This document shows positions 38,866 through 51,720 of a stretch of DNA of 64,000 nucleotides, piece after piece. The first letter of the stretch is position 1; each line of letters opens with the position of its first letter. The notes beneath the pieces are model-generated. The model worked only from the letters and a program-made list of their open reading frames with translations. It did not search any database and was not told where the DNA came from. The stretch is from Octopus vulgaris (taxonomy: Eukaryota). The stretch is from positions 33,976,001 to 34,040,000 of the forward strand of contig OX597825.1 of the NCBI GenBank assembly GCA_951406725.2. Direction: 5' to 3'. The position numbers and the translations under genes are program-made.

Positions 38866-40499
38866 CTGAAACGAAACACCATGAGATAATGTTTATTACA
38901 TAGATTGACTGTTTGTAATAATACTGTTTGTATAATTTTATATTTCATTTCTTTCAGTCATTGAACTATGGCCATGCTGGGGCACCACCTCAAAGGATTT
39001 TAGTCAAATGAATCGACTCCAGTACTTATTGTTTAAAACCTGGTACTTATTAAATCAATCTCTTTTGCCAAACTGCTACATTACAGGAATGTGAACAAAC
39101 CAACACTGGTGGCCGAGTAGTGGTGGTGGGGCAAACACAAATGCAAAGACACATATAAACACACAAACACACACACATATACATATAGGATGGGCTTCTT
39201 CGTTTAATCTACTCACAAAGCTTTGGTGGGTCTGGGGCTATAAGTAAAAGGCATTTGCCTTAGGTGTCAAGCTGCAGAATTGAACTCAAAACCATGTGTG
39301 TGCTGGAGGAGTAAACTTCCTACTACATAACCAAGTTTGTGTCCATATTTAAAACTACTCAATAAATATTTTTGAGGTACAGGTAGGGTTGTGTGGTTAT
39401 GAAGCTTACTTCTAAACCATGTGGGCTTATGTTCCATCCCATGCACAGCACCTTGGGCAAGTGTCTTCTGTTATAACCCCACACTGACGAAAGCATTGTG
39501 AGTGGATTTGGTAGAGAGAACCTGAAAATAGCTCATTGTATATTTGTACGAATCTCTATTGACAGTCTATTGGTGTAAAATAAAGTGTTAAATACCTACA
39601 GCTTACAAATGAATAGCTCCAGTTCTCTGAAGCTAATGGATCTGTTGTGTATAAAAACAGATTGTCTACTCATTTCTCTAGGATTGGTCAAGTGATGTAG
39701 ACACTTGTGTCAGGAACCCAATAAGTTTCAAAAATGGATTAAAGCTGTTTGTCATTCTTTTTAAATCTCCAAAATATGGATAAATTAACAGTGTTTATAT
39801 GTATACTACGTAGGTTACGCCCCCATCACATACATAGTTATACGTCTTAATGGACAAAAGTAAGAAAGAGTTACTCAACACATTTCCTAGGAGTACATAT
39901 ATTGGTATTTAATAACTCTCTGATTCAGCTCAACGCAACTTAAGGTGATTCACGCGAACCTAACTCTTCAGGTTTAGGTGATCGAATGGAGAGATGGAGG
40001 AATTCAGTATGGCTCCTGGGTATTAAACGAAACCAAATGCTGGTGCATGTGGATGGAGGGGTAAGCCTGCTGTGGGAGTGCATCAATGTGCACATGTGGT
40101 ATATATGTGTGTATGTTTGTATGCGTGCGCAAGCACATATATATATATGTGTGTGTATGTAAGGATGCGTTTACACTGTCATATACAAAGACAATTGTGA
40201 AAGATTATAGAAAATACATAGGTCTGGAAAGTTAGTTTGTGGTCTGTGAAAGCAGCAAAGATTAAGTACTCTACCCTAACTTATGGGGCAACAATACTCA
40301 GTTGGTATATCTGTGTTGTCAGTGGCCAGTGGCTTAAAGCTCACTATGAGGGCATACCTCTGGTGGCTGCAATAAGACAGTTGTTTTTTCCTGCTGATAG
40401 ATACTAAAGGTTCATGAAGAATATGTAGATTTCACAGAGGCAGAGCCGGCAATTTCAGGCACCAGGTGAGTAAGGTGGAGCCTATCAATGATGGTACAT

Positions 40500-40920
40500 T
40501 CAATGTTGGGAAGTCTTCAGATGATGAGAGACGAGGAGGTAAAGATTTTCTATCTCTGCATCTAAGGGAATACGGGAATACATATGTTGTGTGAACCTTC
40601 CCTTCAAGTTATTTACTGTCATGCCCATGTAGTGCTCATAATTCCAATGGATAGAGCGAGGATGGCTCAGTAAGCAGTGTTTCAACATTTACAGGTTGAG
40701 ATGGAGGGTGTGTAGATATGTGCTTCTGTCTACTGTAACATGTGATGTTAGAATTAATGTTGTCTAAAAGGAGGTAGCCAACCTTGACGTTGTGTGTATT
40801 GAAAAGCATATGGTACTTATGGTCTGTAGAGAAATGCTTCATGATCAACAACAGAAAGCTTTTGGTGAGTTGCCTGACAAAATCTAGGGTCTCAGGAGAA
40901 AAGGTTTCAATATTGATGGA
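40500..40920 (-). mobile_element. Penelope-like GIY-YIG fragment
   Basis: HKYHMLFNTHNVKVGY, YMGMTVNNLKGRFTQH. Confidence 0.75.
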
Positions 40921-40929
40921 TAGAAATCT

Positions 40930-41290
40930 CTGATGTTCATTTGTGAGACGTGACAGCAAAGAAGAGCACTCATTCACTCTTTGCATACAAACTTGGAAAG
41001 TTTGTGAGAAACCCATCGACCCAATTTGTTGACTTTTCTGATGGCACACAGGTGTTGATGAATGGTTGAATGACAAAAATCTATGCTTTTCTGCTATGGA
41101 ATTTTTTCCCACCAGGGTTTGAAGGGCATCCTCGTTGGGCTCTACAGATCTTCCAGGACGAGGCTCATCTCCCAGGCTATAGTTTTTGGCTCGAAATTTC
41201 TGGAACCACTGTTGACACTGGTTTGTACTTATTGTCCAATCCCCATAAACTGTATTAATATTCTTCTCACTTTCCATTGTGTTGTTGCCA
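40930..41290 (-). mobile_element. Mariner transposase N-terminal fragment
   Basis: NINTVYGD..CQQWFQKFR...LGDEPRPGRS. Confidence 0.8.
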
Positions 41291-41380
41291 TATATATGTA
41301 CATATATATATACAGAGATACAAATAAGATGTTAAATTATTTTTGAATGCAAGAGATGCTGTTAGAACAGAAATATTGAG

Positions 41381-41756
41381 TAAATTACCTTTACAAAGGG
41401 GGAAAATTTGTCAACAACCAGCTATGGGACTCAAATGCCTATCTCTTGATATGATTCCAGCTAAGTGCTTTACCATTAAGTTTAACTGCCTGCTGACAAA
41501 GCAATCCACTTTTTAGATGCTTTTAAAGCTAAATGTGCAACAACATGTATATAAATATAAATAAACTAGCATTTCTTTTTCTTTATAAACACTGAAATAT
41601 GTATATAGATAAAAAATAAGATGATAATTTATTTTCAAACACAGAGACTCCATTAGAGCCACAAAACCATTAGGTAAATTACCCTTACAAAGCGGAAAAA
41701 TTTGTCAACAATCTACTATGGGACTGAAGCCCATATCCCTTGATATGACTCCAGCT
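41381..41756. repeat. Two ~80-bp direct repeats
   Basis: taaattacc.ttacaaag...gatatga.tccagcta at 41381-41463 and 41675-41756. Confidence 0.65.
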
Positions 41757-42162
41757 ACAAACACACACAAATGCCTATATATTCCTATATAAGTGTTTAG
41801 TTAGTGCCCTGATCAAAGGAAATTTGTGTTAGAAGCATGAAATCTCCCATTTACTGACTAGATAAATGCTGCCCTTTTTAGATATCCTTGGCAGCTGTGT
41901 CAGTGACATTGTTAGAACCAACATTGGGATAAATTCAATTCACCCACGGTTTTGCCAGTAGAGTTTTGTTCTGAAATGTTTTTGTTTATAAAATTAATTG
42001 AACGTGAGGTTTCCTTCTTTGCAGTTATTGAGAGGTTATGTGACTCAGGCCATTTGAGTTTAACAAGTTGCCTATAAAGCTAAGGACTTAATAGGTTTGA
42101 AACTAATAATCACTCTCTGTCCAGTCATAAAAAACAACCCTATGGTCTCTTAGACGACTCAC

Positions 42163-42200
<38 letters not shown>

Positions 42201-42612
42201 TATATATATATAATTATATATACCGGAGTAAACACATAAATGTGAAACAAGGGGGAAAAAAGAGTACTCAAATACCAGTGGTAGAGTAATATGCTTTATT
42301 TAAAGCAGCAGAAAATTCAACAAAAAATTCTAGCAAAAACTGTCCGATGAACGGCAACAGGAAACTCAGAGTAACAGGTTTTGTTGAATTTTCTGCTGCT
42401 TTAAATAAAGTATAATTATATATATATACATATATATTCATATATAGTATATATATTAGTAAGAAGTTGACTTACTTCACTTTGCTTCTTTTATTAGTTA
42501 TCTCGTTCATTTTAATTTACTTTTTTAACACCTGAACAATTAGCCTCAATATCCACTAAATAATCATCCTTTTTCACATATTTTTCCCTAAAAGCCTCGT
42601 ACTGATATTCTT

Positions 42613-42701
42613 TTATTTTTTACTGGTTTCATTTGTTGTAGTAATTGTCCTTATTTTAGGAGTACTGTTATATGGAGTATAACAGTACTCCTTGACATTA
42701 T
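42613..42701 (-). CDS. Cassette 3 exon D: Thr-rich tail ending in stop
   Basis: cttttaacgcccAG acceptor; (D)NVKEYCYTPYNSTPKIRTITTTNETSKK*, with the stop overlapping AATAAA. Homologous to exons D1/D2. The spliced product from 60781 would be 185 aa. Confidence 0.65.
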
Positions 42702-43059
42702 CTGGGCGTTAAAAGAAAATCGAACGAATTTGACCACCCCTTGTTTTGACCAACACCTTAGAACCATCATGGTATCTGGTGTGGTTTTTTAAACCAGACC
42801 ATGTTCTGAAAAGACACCCACATAGATTGTATATCCAATTTGGACCACCAAGAGCAGATCAGTTCTGATCTTAATGATCTTTATAGATCTTAAAATAATA
42901 TCTTTTGAGCCCTCCGTTAGATTTGCAAACCTGGCATACTTTGCATTGAAAGGTGTGCACAGACATATAGACAGTATAGTTGGTGGAGGTTCGTTTTCCA
43001 TGGGTTTGTAAATGAGATTTGAGCAAAAGAAAGGCATACATATACACAGACATACATAT

Positions 43060-43101
<42 letters not shown>

Positions 43102-43278
43102 GCATAGTTTGCAGGTGCAGGCATGGCTGTGCAGTAAGCTTGTTTTGCAACAGCATTTTTCTGAGTTCAGTCCCACTACATGGCATCATGGGCAAGTGTC
43201 TTCTAGTACAGCTTTTGGGGTGACCAAAGCCACATGAGTGGATTTGCTTGTCAGTAACTGAAAGAAGCCTGTTGTATA

Positions 43279-43319
<41 letters not shown>

Positions 43320-43719
43320 TGTGTGTGTGTGTGTGTGTGTGTTTGCCTGCATGTACATGTTTTTCTGTCAGTGTTTGTCCTCCATCACTGCTTGACAATT
43401 GATGTTGATGTGTTTCCATTTCCATAAATTTGTCTCCTGTTGAACAAATTATGTGGACTCTTCGCCTTAATCTTGGAGACAGGATCAGTCCAACTTGTCC
43501 ATCTTCCTACTGTATATGTAGACAGGAAAACATTAAAAATTGTTTCCTCCTTCACTTATCTTGGTTCCATCAAAATCGATAAAATGATGTAGGAGGAGTT
43601 AGCTAACAACTCCACAAACAAACACACCCACAAACAGAATTTCCCACATGTGTAGTAGATATGTGTGTGTGTATGTATATGTATGTATGTGTGTGCGTGT
43701 GCATATATATATATGTATC

Positions 43720-44150
43720 AGAATCGAAATCGATCAATGGAAATTGCAGATGTGTTACCAGTGCCGGTGGCATGTAAGAGAACCTTCCGTTTCGCGACCG
43801 TTGCCAGCACCGCCCCGAATGGCCTTGTGCCGATAGCACGTAAAAAGCACCATCTGTTCGTGTCCGTTGCCAGCCTTGCCTGGCCCTCGTGCCGGTGGCA
43901 CATAAAAAGCACCATCCGTTCGTGGCCGTTTGCCAGCTCTGTCTGCCACCTGTGCGGGTGGCACGTAAAAAGCACCCACTACACTCACGGAGTGGTTGGC
44001 GTTAGGAAGGGCATCCAGCCGTAGAAACACTGCCAGATTTGACTGGGCCTGATGAAGCCTTCTGGCTTCACAGACCCCAGTAGAACCGTCCAACCCATGC
44101 TAGCATGGAAAACGGACGCTAAACGATGATGATGATGATGATGATGATGA
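43720..44150 (+). mobile_element. RTE 3'UTR fragment with (GAT)n tail
   Basis: Homologous to 28160-28480 and reverse complement of 46760-47250. Confidence 0.85.
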
Positions 44151-45122
44151 TGTATGTATGTGTGTATGTATGTATGTATGTATGTATTTATGTATGTATA
44201 TGTGCATATACGTACATACATCAGGCTTCTTTCAGTTTAGCAGGCACTTGTACAGCATAAATAATCTATCTTTTGACTCCAAAAGGACCAAAGGCAAAGC
44301 TGACCTGATAAAGTTTGCGACACAACTCCACATAATAGACTTTGAAAATCAATTAATGTGAAACCGGTTAAGTGTACATATGTGTGTGTGTGTATATATA
44401 TATATATGTATATATATGTATGTGTGTGTCCAACCTATGCATGTATGGACGATGAACATTACATGATGATGATGTATGTATTAAAATTCAAACAACTTCA
44501 TATATTCTCCAAGCATTTTCAACTTCATTCATTTCTTCTGCACAATTATTTGTTTGGATTGGTAATGATTTCACCTTCTCTCTCTGTGTACAGAACATAT
44601 GGTATAATTATGAAAGGGCAAATTTTAGCCATTTTTCTGCAGACTGAAAAAAATCGCAACCTGTCCATGGGAATCTTAGTCCACACAGTATCAATATATT
44701 GATACTGTGTGGACTATTATAATATATATAATACATATGTAACATATGGTATAATTATAAACAGACAGCGCAAATTTTAGCCATTTCTTCACAGAATGAA
44801 ACAATTTATGAACAACCTTAATCAATTTTCAAACCTTATTGGGTTCTTATTGGGTTCATAATTCTGACAGGCTCCAGAGGAACAAGCAGCCAAACTGCTT
44901 ATATACTCAACAAATGCAGCTGTTACTATATGAAGGAATCCCTAATTTGCATACTGAAAGTGTTTAACACTCTATAAGTACCAGCGACCTGTCAATGGGG
45001 ACTTTAGTCCACACAGTATCAAGATATGATATAATATGTATGTAACATATGGCATAATTATAATATATATATTTATCTACGTTTATAGCTCATTAACTAC
45101 ATAGACATATGTTATAATTTAC

Positions 45123-45216
45123 CTGTGGGATTTAGTTTACAGCCTTTGTTGTCAGCATCAGGGTCATCGAGTGTGCATCTATAATTAGCTGAAGTATTCA
45201 AGTTCATCAAATTAAT
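45123..45216 (-). CDS. Cassette 3 exon C: C-terminal part of PLAT-like domain
   Basis: ttttttgcAG / GTAAAT, 94 nt, phase 0-1; INLMNLNTSANYRCTLDDPDADNKGCKLNPT. Confidence 0.8.
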
Positions 45217-45293
45217 CTGCAAAAAAGTGAAATAAAAATGCAAAGCATGTAGCATGTAACACACACACACATATATATACGTATATATGTAAG

Positions 45294-45339
<46 letters not shown>

Positions 45340-45426
45340 TATATGTATATATGTATGTATATATATATATATATCACCGTCACCGTGACCGACCAGGCTA
45401 TCAGATGTTGCTACACATCGCTGGTC

Positions 45427-45475
<49 letters not shown>

Positions 45476-45574
45476 ATATTAATTAGAGTCAAAACCACTA
45501 TTATGCAAATCAAACAAAGAAAGACTTAATCCAATACATAAAAAATTTTATATAAATTAAATAAAATTAAATTC

Positions 45575-45622
45575 GCCACTACAATTGTTTCGTGTCTCTT
45601 CTAAGGACATTCATCAGGTGGT
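45575..45622 (-). ncRNA. Minimal type I hammerhead ribozyme motif
   Basis: ccac CUGAUGA augucc...gacac GAAAC aauu GUA gugg: intact core, stems I and II, palindromic loop 3. Confidence 0.7.
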
Positions 45623-47046
45623 TTTCAAATCTAAAAATAATCAATATTTTTAAGATATAAATTTAAAATGACTAAAAAATATAAATATTATAAATTTATC
45701 AATGAAAAAATATATATATAATCTATATATAATCTATATATAATCAAGAACTAAAATAACCTCTATAAACAATTGAATATAATGAAACCTAGTATTTAAG
45801 TTCTCATATTTAAAGATGAAGAATCTAAATTCAAAAAACAAAAAAACAAAAAGCAAAAATTAAAATATAAATACACACATACTCATACACATATATCTAA
45901 GTATATATATAAACATATCTAAATACATACACTAACTCACACACCCATATATATATCTCTATACATACACATAAACATCTAGGCAACGATAAATTAATAA
46001 AGTAGCCGTATACTTCTACACATTACTTATTCATACTCCCACACACACACATACAACCCTCATTCATAAACACACTCACTCAGCATGACAACAACACAGA
46101 GGAAACACCACATCCAGCAGCCGCAGATACTCAACCACAACCCACAGAAACATTTCATTCTTAGCAAGAAACTACCAAATACCATATACCACATATATAC
46201 AACAACCATACATAAATACTTAAAACAAACACACACACACACATATTCTAAATACCGCATGCATGCAACAAACATACACAAATACGCAAACAAACACACA
46301 CACACGCACACATTCACACATACATAAACACCCAAAAGAAAACAACATTTCTACACATAAACAATGCACACCCCCACACACACACACACAATCACTCACA
46401 CACAACCGCACTCCCACCGCAACACTCCAACACAGAGGAGTAACAAATTCAGCAGATACATACACTCAGCCACACACATACAGGAACATTCCCTACTCAG
46501 CAATATACTGTTAAAAACACCAACACCACTCTAAAACAAATTTATGAATAGGAATAATAACTTATATAAGATTATTCTATTATTAAACATAACCTAAACC
46601 ATTTAAAACGAACCTATCTATTTATCAAAGTATGTCTAAATTATTTAATAACTAATAACAAAGAAAAATACGATAAATAGATCACTACATAAACAACAAG
46701 ATTAACATAAGGAGAATATATTATTCAAAAGCTTATACATATTAAAATTACAATTTATATCATCATCATCATCATCATCATTTAACGTCCGCTTTCCATG
46801 CTAGCATGGGTTGGACGGTTCAACTGGGGTCTGGGGAGCCCGAAAGCTGCACCAGTCCAGTCAGATCTGGCAGTGTTTCTACAGCTGGATGCCCTTCCTA
46901 ACGCCAACCACTCCGAGAGTGTAGTGGGTGATTTTATGTGCCACCGACACAGGTGCCAGACGAGGCTGGCAAACGGCCACGCTCGGATGGTGTTTTTTAT
47001 GTGCCACCGACACAGGTGCCAGACGAGGCTGGCAGACGGCCACGCT

Positions 47047-49693
47047 CGGATGGTGTTTTTATGTGCCACCGACACAGGTGCCAGATGAGGCTGGCAAACG
47101 GCCACGATCGGATGGTGTTTGTTACGTGCCCACAGCACGGAGGCCAGTCGATGCGGTACTGACTACGGCCACGTTCGGATGGTTTTCTTGTGTGCCACGT
47201 GCCACCGGCACTGGTACCACAAAGATACAAATTCCATTGATGTTCATCTATTTTGATTTGTTTTGATTTGATTTGATTTTGATTTTCACTTGCCTCAACA
47301 GGTCTTCACAAGTGTCACAAGAAGGAAGGTATGCACAGGTGGACTGACTAGTCTTGCCGGGTCTTCGGATGGTGTTTTTATGTGCCACCGACACAGGTGC
47401 CAGATGAGGCTGGCAAACGGCCACGATCGGATGGTGTTTGTTACGTGCCCACAGCACGGAGGCCAGTCGGTGCGGTACTGGCTACGGCCACGTTCGGATG
47501 GTTTTCTTGTGTGCCACCGGCACTGGTACCACAAGATACAATTCCATTAATGTTCATCTATTTTGATTTGTTTTGATTTCATTTTGATTTTCACTTGCCT
47601 CAACAGGCCTTCACAAGTATCACAAGGAGGAAGGTATGCACAGGTGGACTGACTACGTCCCAGGTAGGGGCCATGGGATATGGCCTGACTAGTCTTCCCG
47701 GGTCTTCGGATGGTGTTTTTATGTGCCACCGACACAGGTGCCAGATGAGGCTGGCAAACGGCCACGATCGGATGGTGTTTGTTACGTGCCCACAGCACGG
47801 AGGCCAGTCGGTGCGGTACTGGTTACGGCCACGTTCGGATGGTTTTCTTGTGTGCCACCGGCACTGGTACCACAAGATACAATTCCATTAATGTTCATCT
47901 ATTTTGATTTGTTTTGATTTGATTTGATTTGATTTGTTTTGATTTCATTTTGATTTTCACTTGCCTCAACAGGCCTTCACAAGTATCACAAGGAGGAAGG
48001 TATGCACAGGTGGACTGACTACGTCCCAGGTAGGGGCCATGGGATATGGCCTGACTAGTCTTGCCGGGTCTTCGGATGGTGTTTTTATGTGCCATCAACA
48101 CAGGTGCCAGATGAGGCTGGCAAACGGCCACGATCGGATGGTGTTTGTTACGTGCCCACAGCACGGAGGCCAGTCGGTGCGGTACTGGCTACGGCCACGT
48201 TCGGATGGTTTTCTTGTGTGCCACCGGCACTGGTACCACATGATACAATTCCATTAATGTTCATCTATTTTGATTTGTTTTGATTTGATTTGATTTGATT
48301 TGTTTTGATTTCATTTTGATTTTCACTTGCCTCAACAGGCCTTCACAAGTATCACAAGGAGGAAGGTATGCACAGGTGGACTGACTACGTCCCAGGTAGG
48401 GGCCATGGGATATGGCCTGACTAGTCTTGCCGGGTCTTCGGATGGTGTTTTTATGTGCCACCGACACAGGTGCTAGATGAGGCTGGCGAACGGCCACGAT
48501 CGGATGGTGTTTGTTATGTGCCCACAGCACGATGGCCAGTCGATGCGGTACTGACTACGGCCACGTTCGGATGGATTTCTTGTGTGCCACAGGCACTGGT
48601 ACCACAAAGATACAAATTCCATTGATGTTCATCTATTTTGATTTGATTTGATTTTCACTTGCCTCAACAGGTCTTCACAAGTGTCACAAGAAGGAAGGTA
48701 TGCACAGGTGGACTGACTAGTCTTGCCGGGTCTTCGGAAGGTGTTTTTATGTGCCACCGACACAGGTGCCAGATGAGGCTGGCGAACGGCCATGATCGGA
48801 TGGTGTTTGTTACGTGCCCACAGCACGGATGCCGGTCGATGCGGAACTGGCTACGGCCATGTTCGGATGGTTCTCTTGTGTGCCACCGGCACTGGTACCA
48901 CAAAGATACAGATTCCATTGATGTTCATCTATTTTGATTTGTTTTGATTTTGATTTGTTTTGATTTTGATTTTCACTTGCCTCAACAGGTCTTCACAAGT
49001 GTCACAAGAAGGAAGGTATGCATAGGTGGACTGACTACGTCCCAGGTAGGGGCCATGGGTTATGGCCTGACTAGTCTTGCCGGGTCTTCGGATGGTGTTT
49101 TTATGTGCCACCGACACAGGTGCTAGATGAGGCTGGCGAACGGCCACGATCGGATGGTGTTTGTCATGTGCCCACAGCACGGAGACCAGTCGATGCGGTA
49201 CTGGCTACGGCCACTTTCGGATGGTTCTCTCTTGTGTGCCACAGGCACTGGTACCACAAAGATACAAATTCCATTGATGTTCATCTATTTTGATTTGTTT
49301 TGATTTTCACTTGCCTGAACAGGTCTTCACAAGTGTCACAAGAAGGAAGGTATGTACAGGTGGACTGACTACGTCCCAGGTAGGGGCCACGGGTTATGAC
49401 CTGACTAGTCTTGCCGGGTCTTCGGATGGTGTTTTTATGTGCCACCATGTTCCCACAGCACGGAGGCCAGTCGATGCGGTACTGGCTACGGCCACGTTCG
49501 GATGGTTTTCTTGTGTGCCACAGGCACTGGTACCACAAAGATACAAATTCCATTGATGTTCATCTATTTTGATTGATTTTCACTTGCCTCAGCAGGTCTT
49601 CACAAGTGTCACAAGAAGGAAGGTATGCACAGGTGGATCGACTACGTCCCAGGTAGGGGCCACGGGATATGGCCTGACTAGTCCTGCCGGGTC
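47047..49693. repeat. Eight tandem ~270-366-bp copies of the RTE stop codon plus proximal 3'UTR
   Basis: Junction gccgggtcttcgga recurs at about 47367, 47708, 48073, 48439, 48735, 49089 and 49423. Confidence 0.92.
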
Positions 49694-51720
49694 CTCTCAT
49701 GCACAGCACACTTCCATAGGACTCGGTCTTCAGTCATTTCCTTGGTGAGACCTAAAGTTCGAAGGTCGTGCTTCACCACCTCGTCCCAGGTTTTCCTGGG
49801 TCTACCTCTTCCACAGGTTCCCTCAACTGCTAGGGTGTAGCACTTTTGCACACAACTATCTTCAGCCATTCTCGTCACATGACCATACCAGCGCAGCCGT
49901 CTCTCTTGCACTCCACAACTGACACTTCTTAGGTTCAACTTTTCTCTCAAAGTACTTACACTCTGACGATTATGAACACTGACATTACACATCCATCGGA
50001 GCATACTGGCTTCATTTCTTGCAAGCTTACGCATATCCTCAGCAGTCACGGCCCATGTTTCACTACCATGTAGCATGGCTGTACGTACACACGCATCATA
50101 TAGTCTGCCTTTTACTCTTAGCGAGAGGCCTTTTGTCACCAGCAGGGGTAAGAGCTCTCTAAACTTTGCCCAGGCTATTCTTACTCTAGCAGTTACACTT
50201 TCAGCACACCCACCCCCGCTACTGACTTGGTCTCCTAGGTAGCGGAAGCTATCAACTACTTCTAGTTTGTCTCCCTGGAACGTGGTAGAAGTTGGTCTCT
50301 GCACATTTCCAGTGTTTATTGCTCCTGAGCATCTGCCACAGACAAAAACTATTTTCTTAGTTAGCCTTCCTTTGACATTGCTGCACCTCTTATGTGTCCA
50401 TAGCTTACACTTGGTGCACCTTATAGAGTTTCTACCTACACCTTTTTTACAGATCGAGCAGGGCCATCTACATGAAGTCGTTTGTGATTGGTCCACCTTC
50501 CTACTTATTAGGACTTTGGTTTTGGCTAGGTTGATTCTAAGGCCCTTCGGTTCTAATCCTTGTTTCCACACCTGAAACTTCTCCTCCAGTTCTGATAGTG
50601 ACTCAGCAATTAGAGCAAGGTCATCAGCATAGAGGAGCTCCCAGGGGCATCCTGTCTTGAATTCCTCCGTTATTACCTGGAGGACTATGATAAATAGGAG
50701 GGGACTGAGGACTGAACCTTGGTGGACCCCAACCTCTACCCGGAATTCTTCACTGTACTCGTTGCCAACCCTCACCTTACTAGCAGCGTCTCTGTACATG
50801 GCTCGCACAGCTCTCACTAACCATTCATCTATCCCTAGTTTCCTCATTGACCACCAGATAAGGGATCGGGGGACCCTGTCAAAGGCTTTCTCCAAGTCAA
50901 CAAAAGCCAGATACAAGGGCTTATCTTTGGCTAGGTATTTCTCCTGCAGCTGTCTTACCAGAAATATAGCATCAGTAGTACTTTTCCCTGGCACGAACCC
51001 AAACTGCATATCATCTAAGCTAACTCTCTCTCTAATTAATTGGGCTATAACCCTCTCCGTAACCTTCATTACCTGATCCAGCAGCTTGATGCCCCTGTAG
51101 TTATTTGTATCTAGGGCGTCGCCTTTACCTTTGTAGCAGTTGACTATTATGCTGCTACACCAGTCATTGGGTATGACTCCTTCGTGTATCACCTGGTTTA
51201 CTATACGGGTGACTAAGCTATAGCCGACACTACCAGATATTTTGAGCATCTCTGCAGTAATTCCTGATGGGCCTGGGGCTTTCCCTGTTTTCATGCTTCT
51301 AATTGCCTTATCTACTAAGGAACTGTTAACTCGGATTGCTGGTCTCTCTGTTGGGTCGACATTCGGGAGACTCTCTTTATCCCATTCATTTTCCTCATTC
51401 AGCAACCTTTCATAGTGGCATCTCCAAGCCTCTCTCTTTGCATCCTCATTTAGCGCAAGTGAACCGTCATCCTTGCGAACATATTTCTCTCCTACCACGT
51501 CACGATTCTCTCTCACACACTGTCTTGCAACACGAAATACCTCAAGTCTTTCATCCTCACGGCGCAGGACATTGGCAAATTTTTCTTTATCTGCCTCCCC
51601 TCTGGCTAGATAGACCTGTCTCCTAGCTTCCCTTCTGGCAGTCTGATACACTTCCCTGCTACCACCGTTCTTCCAGGCCTTCCAAGCCTGTTTCTTTTGT
51701 CTAATAACCCTGTCAACAAT
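49678..51720 (-). CDS. RTE reverse transcriptase (5'-truncated) with PHD-like Cys/His insert
   Basis: 657-aa ORF-track entry, open up to ~51720; QFGF, DLEKAFD, HQGSVLSP, YADD, CSIC...CTKC...H..C...CGRC, GRPRKTW. Confidence 0.93.
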   Translation of the reverse strand: MVDRVIRQKKQAWKAWKNGGSREVYQTARREARRQVYLARGEADKEKFANVLRREDERLEVFRVARQCVRENRDVVGEKYVRKDDGSLALNEDAKREAWRCHYERLLNEENEWDKESLPNVDPTERPAIRVNSSLVDKAIRSMKTGKAPGPSGITAEMLKISGSVGYSLVTRIVNQVIHEGVIPNDWCSSIIVNCYKGKGDALDTNNYRGIKLLDQVMKVTERVIAQLIRERVSLDDMQFGFVPGKSTTDAIFLVRQLQEKYLAKDKPLYLAFVDLEKAFDRVPRSLIWWSMRKLGIDEWLVRAVRAMYRDAASKVRVGNEYSEEFRVEVGVHQGSVLSPLLFIIVLQVITEEFKTGCPWELLYADDLALIAESLSELEEKFQVWKQGLEPKGLRINLAKTKVLISRKVDQSQTTSCRWPCSICKKGVGRNSIRCTKCKLWTHKRCSNVKGRLTKKIVFVCGRCSGAINTGNVQRPTSTTFQGDKLEVVDSFRYLGDQVSSGGGCAESVTARVRIAWAKFRELLPLLVTKGLSLRVKGRLYDACVRTAMLHGSETWAVTAEDMRKLARNEASMLRWMCNVSVHNRQSVSTLREKLNLRSVSCGVQERRLRWYGHVTRMAEDSCVQKCYTLAVEGTCGRGRPRKTWDEVVKHDLRTLGLTKEMTEDRVLWKCAVHERTRQD

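Larger units (their letters stand above)
46760..51720 (-). mobile_element. Young 5'-truncated RTE LINE with tandemly amplified 3' end
   Basis: Uninterrupted RT ORF, (GAT)n tail at ~46760, (TA)-rich 5' flank. Confidence 0.95.

Noticed and set aside
46930-49690. CRISPR-like regular repeats and repeated short ORFs
   Set aside because: Units are LINE 3'UTR copies with no unique spacers; eukaryotic context; no cas genes.
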